DNA from: Tubiluchus corallicola
Lineage: Eukaryota; Animalia; Priapulida
NCBI GenBank assembly: GCA_030141605.1
Contig: JAQGDQ010000392.1
Location: 1 to 64,000, forward strand
DNA length: 64,000 nucleotides
Direction of reading: 5' to 3'
Shown here: in pieces, positions 62,240 through 64,000 of the stretch
Position numbering within the stretch: position 1 is the stretch's first letter
Layout: the number at the start of each line of letters is the position of its first letter
Made by a program: the position numbers and the translations under genes
Notes under the pieces: model-generated
The model's database searches: none
Told to the model about the DNA's origin: nothing
Seen by the model: the letters and a program-made list of their open reading frames with translations, nothing else

Positions 62240-62724
62240 TCAGCTATCAGGAAATTCATTTGGGTTTATATCAAAGTCTACCATAGCACGTTCAACTAAC
62301 CACCATCGCCCACAAAAACCAATGTCTACCACTCTATCGTGAAAATTCAACCACTGAGGTTTCAAACTTTTACAACGAGCTTCAAAAAGATCACACGACT
62401 TGTCGTAGTTGTCGATCCAAATTAGAGAGGCTATGCCGAGATTCAGCCGTCGTATCAAACCCTCATTGTAATAAGACAACAGCGCTTTTACGTGAGCTGC
62501 AGAAGAAGGATTACATATATTTTCACTCAACAGCAATACATCATTTGCTTCCAATAAAAGTTTGCTCCTAAACTCATGTTCAGTGGGATTAGTCAGAAAT
62601 GCATAGAAAGAAAAACCTATAGTTGCACAAATCGCAGTTGCTTTCAATGGATGTGCTTTTGAATCAGATACAATATCTTTTCCTACAGCGATGTAGTCAT
62701 CACGCACCAGTTTCAAGTAAGCAA
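62240..62724 (-). CDS. TIMM29: Mitochondrial import inner membrane translocase subunit Tim29, last coding exon (5' exon not located)
   Basis: After a TTTTCAG acceptor: AYLKLVRDDY..VGKDI...PLKA, TM segment, TNP, LLLS..I.NP, LNLGIASLIW, R.VDIGFCGRWWL...M.DFDINPNEF. Confidence 0.87.
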
Positions 62725-64000
62725 CTGAAAAAAAAAGAAAAACGTTAAACTGGGCCAGTAATTTTTGCTCATTTATTTTCTCAGTGATAGTCAAAATGAA
62801 AGCTGCTTCTTTGGGGCATTTCTTAAAACTACTAATAGGCCAGTTTTAGGCCTTATCTACACTTTCATACAGATTTATTTGCATAATGTCAGTGCAAAGT
62901 GCGAGCAATCAGAAATTCATTCATTCATCACAAAATAACTCAAGAATAACTGAAGATGTAAATAGATCATCTTAGTTAAAACTGGTCATTTACACTGAAC
63001 AACGAATTATTCAGAATCATTTTTACCCTTAATTTCAGCTATTTTTACTAATTTTCAATTTAGATCATCTGTCGTAGAACGATTACTAACTAACGTTTTA
63101 TTATTCAAAACATAATCTTCAATATTAAAAGTACCAGAAAATATAGGAATGCTTAGAAAACAGCAGTTCAGATAGTACAGTTTCAGGACCCAAAATGTTT
63201 GGAAAATCATTTAAAGTAAGTTTGGATCAAATCAACTTGCTTAATTTTACAACAAATGCAAATTCACACAAAGTTGTTAATTTTTAAATCCAGTTACATT
63301 AATTTGTGCCCACACTCCCAGTTGTTTTTACTGGAATTGTACACACAATAACAACAGTACACAGAAGAGAAAAGAAACAAAAAATCTATAGCAATGCAAT
63401 TAACAAAATGTGTAATTAGGCTCAGTATTAATTTCCTATTTAAAATTTATCTATGCTTATATAGCTCTACAGGCTATAGTAGATCAACACAACTTGCAGG
63501 CGTACAAGGGCTAGCCCAAGTAGGACATGTCGTACATGGGCTGCCCAAGTAGGACACTAGAGACAGGTTGCGAATTGAGTGCATACTGGCACCATCCGCT
63601 GTCCTTGTTTATGTAATAATAATAATTAAAAACGTCAATACACGTTGAATAATTTATTATACATTTGATAAAATAAAAGAATTTTATTCTGAGCTAGAAG
63701 AATTAATATTTGCCAATATTAATCTTCTTTGAAGTGAAATAAGTGCACTTTTTAAGCGATTCCAACGTTTGCTTAAGGTATATCGTTTTTTATTTTGTCT
63801 TGTTTCACAGACAGGCGATCCTTTTCACTCCTTCTTGGACAAATAATTGTTCTCTATTAGGAAAACGGGTTAGCGAGTTATGTGTCCTACATAGTATCTC
63901 TCTTTAAAGCATTAGATACTTAGTTTATGTTATGATGATATTAATGGAACTAATAATAATGGAGATATTGTTGTAAAAAAATACATTTGTAAATTGTCAA

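Noticed and set aside
62725-62794. N-terminal extension of the TIMM29 ORF (MTITEK...)
   Set aside because: Starts at TTG and runs through a polypyrimidine/AG acceptor, so it is intronic; the real 5' exon was not identified.

Overview
AT-rich, intron-rich animal (invertebrate-type) genomic DNA with GT-AG splicing. I assembled seven host genes by hand from splice sites and reading phase. In order: TMEM45-family gene (-, 2 exons); DNAI4/WDR78 axonemal dynein intermediate chain (+, 20 exons, ~821 aa, RFX X-box promoter, one GC-AG intron); an unrecognised acidic 197-aa protein (-, DSGxxS degron, two 3'UTR K-boxes); a divergent calmodulin-like gene (+); a GT31 beta-1,3-galactosyltransferase-like gene (+); a 12-exon GILT/IFI30-like gene (-); and TIMM29 (-, 5' exon not found). 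The calmodulin-like gene has an ATG-only first exon, followed 41 nt into the intron by a 6.2-kb Ty3/Gypsy LTR element of Gmr1-type domain order, with an internal deletion but intact LTRs, TSD, PBS and PPT. The most unusual item is the GILT-like gene, which appears to encode two tandem SapA+GILT units in one ~489-aa chain, the first with CPDT and the second with canonical CPGC. MITEs, LINE/SINE remnants and microsatellites fill introns and intergenic DNA. All family assignments come from motif recognition, not database searches.
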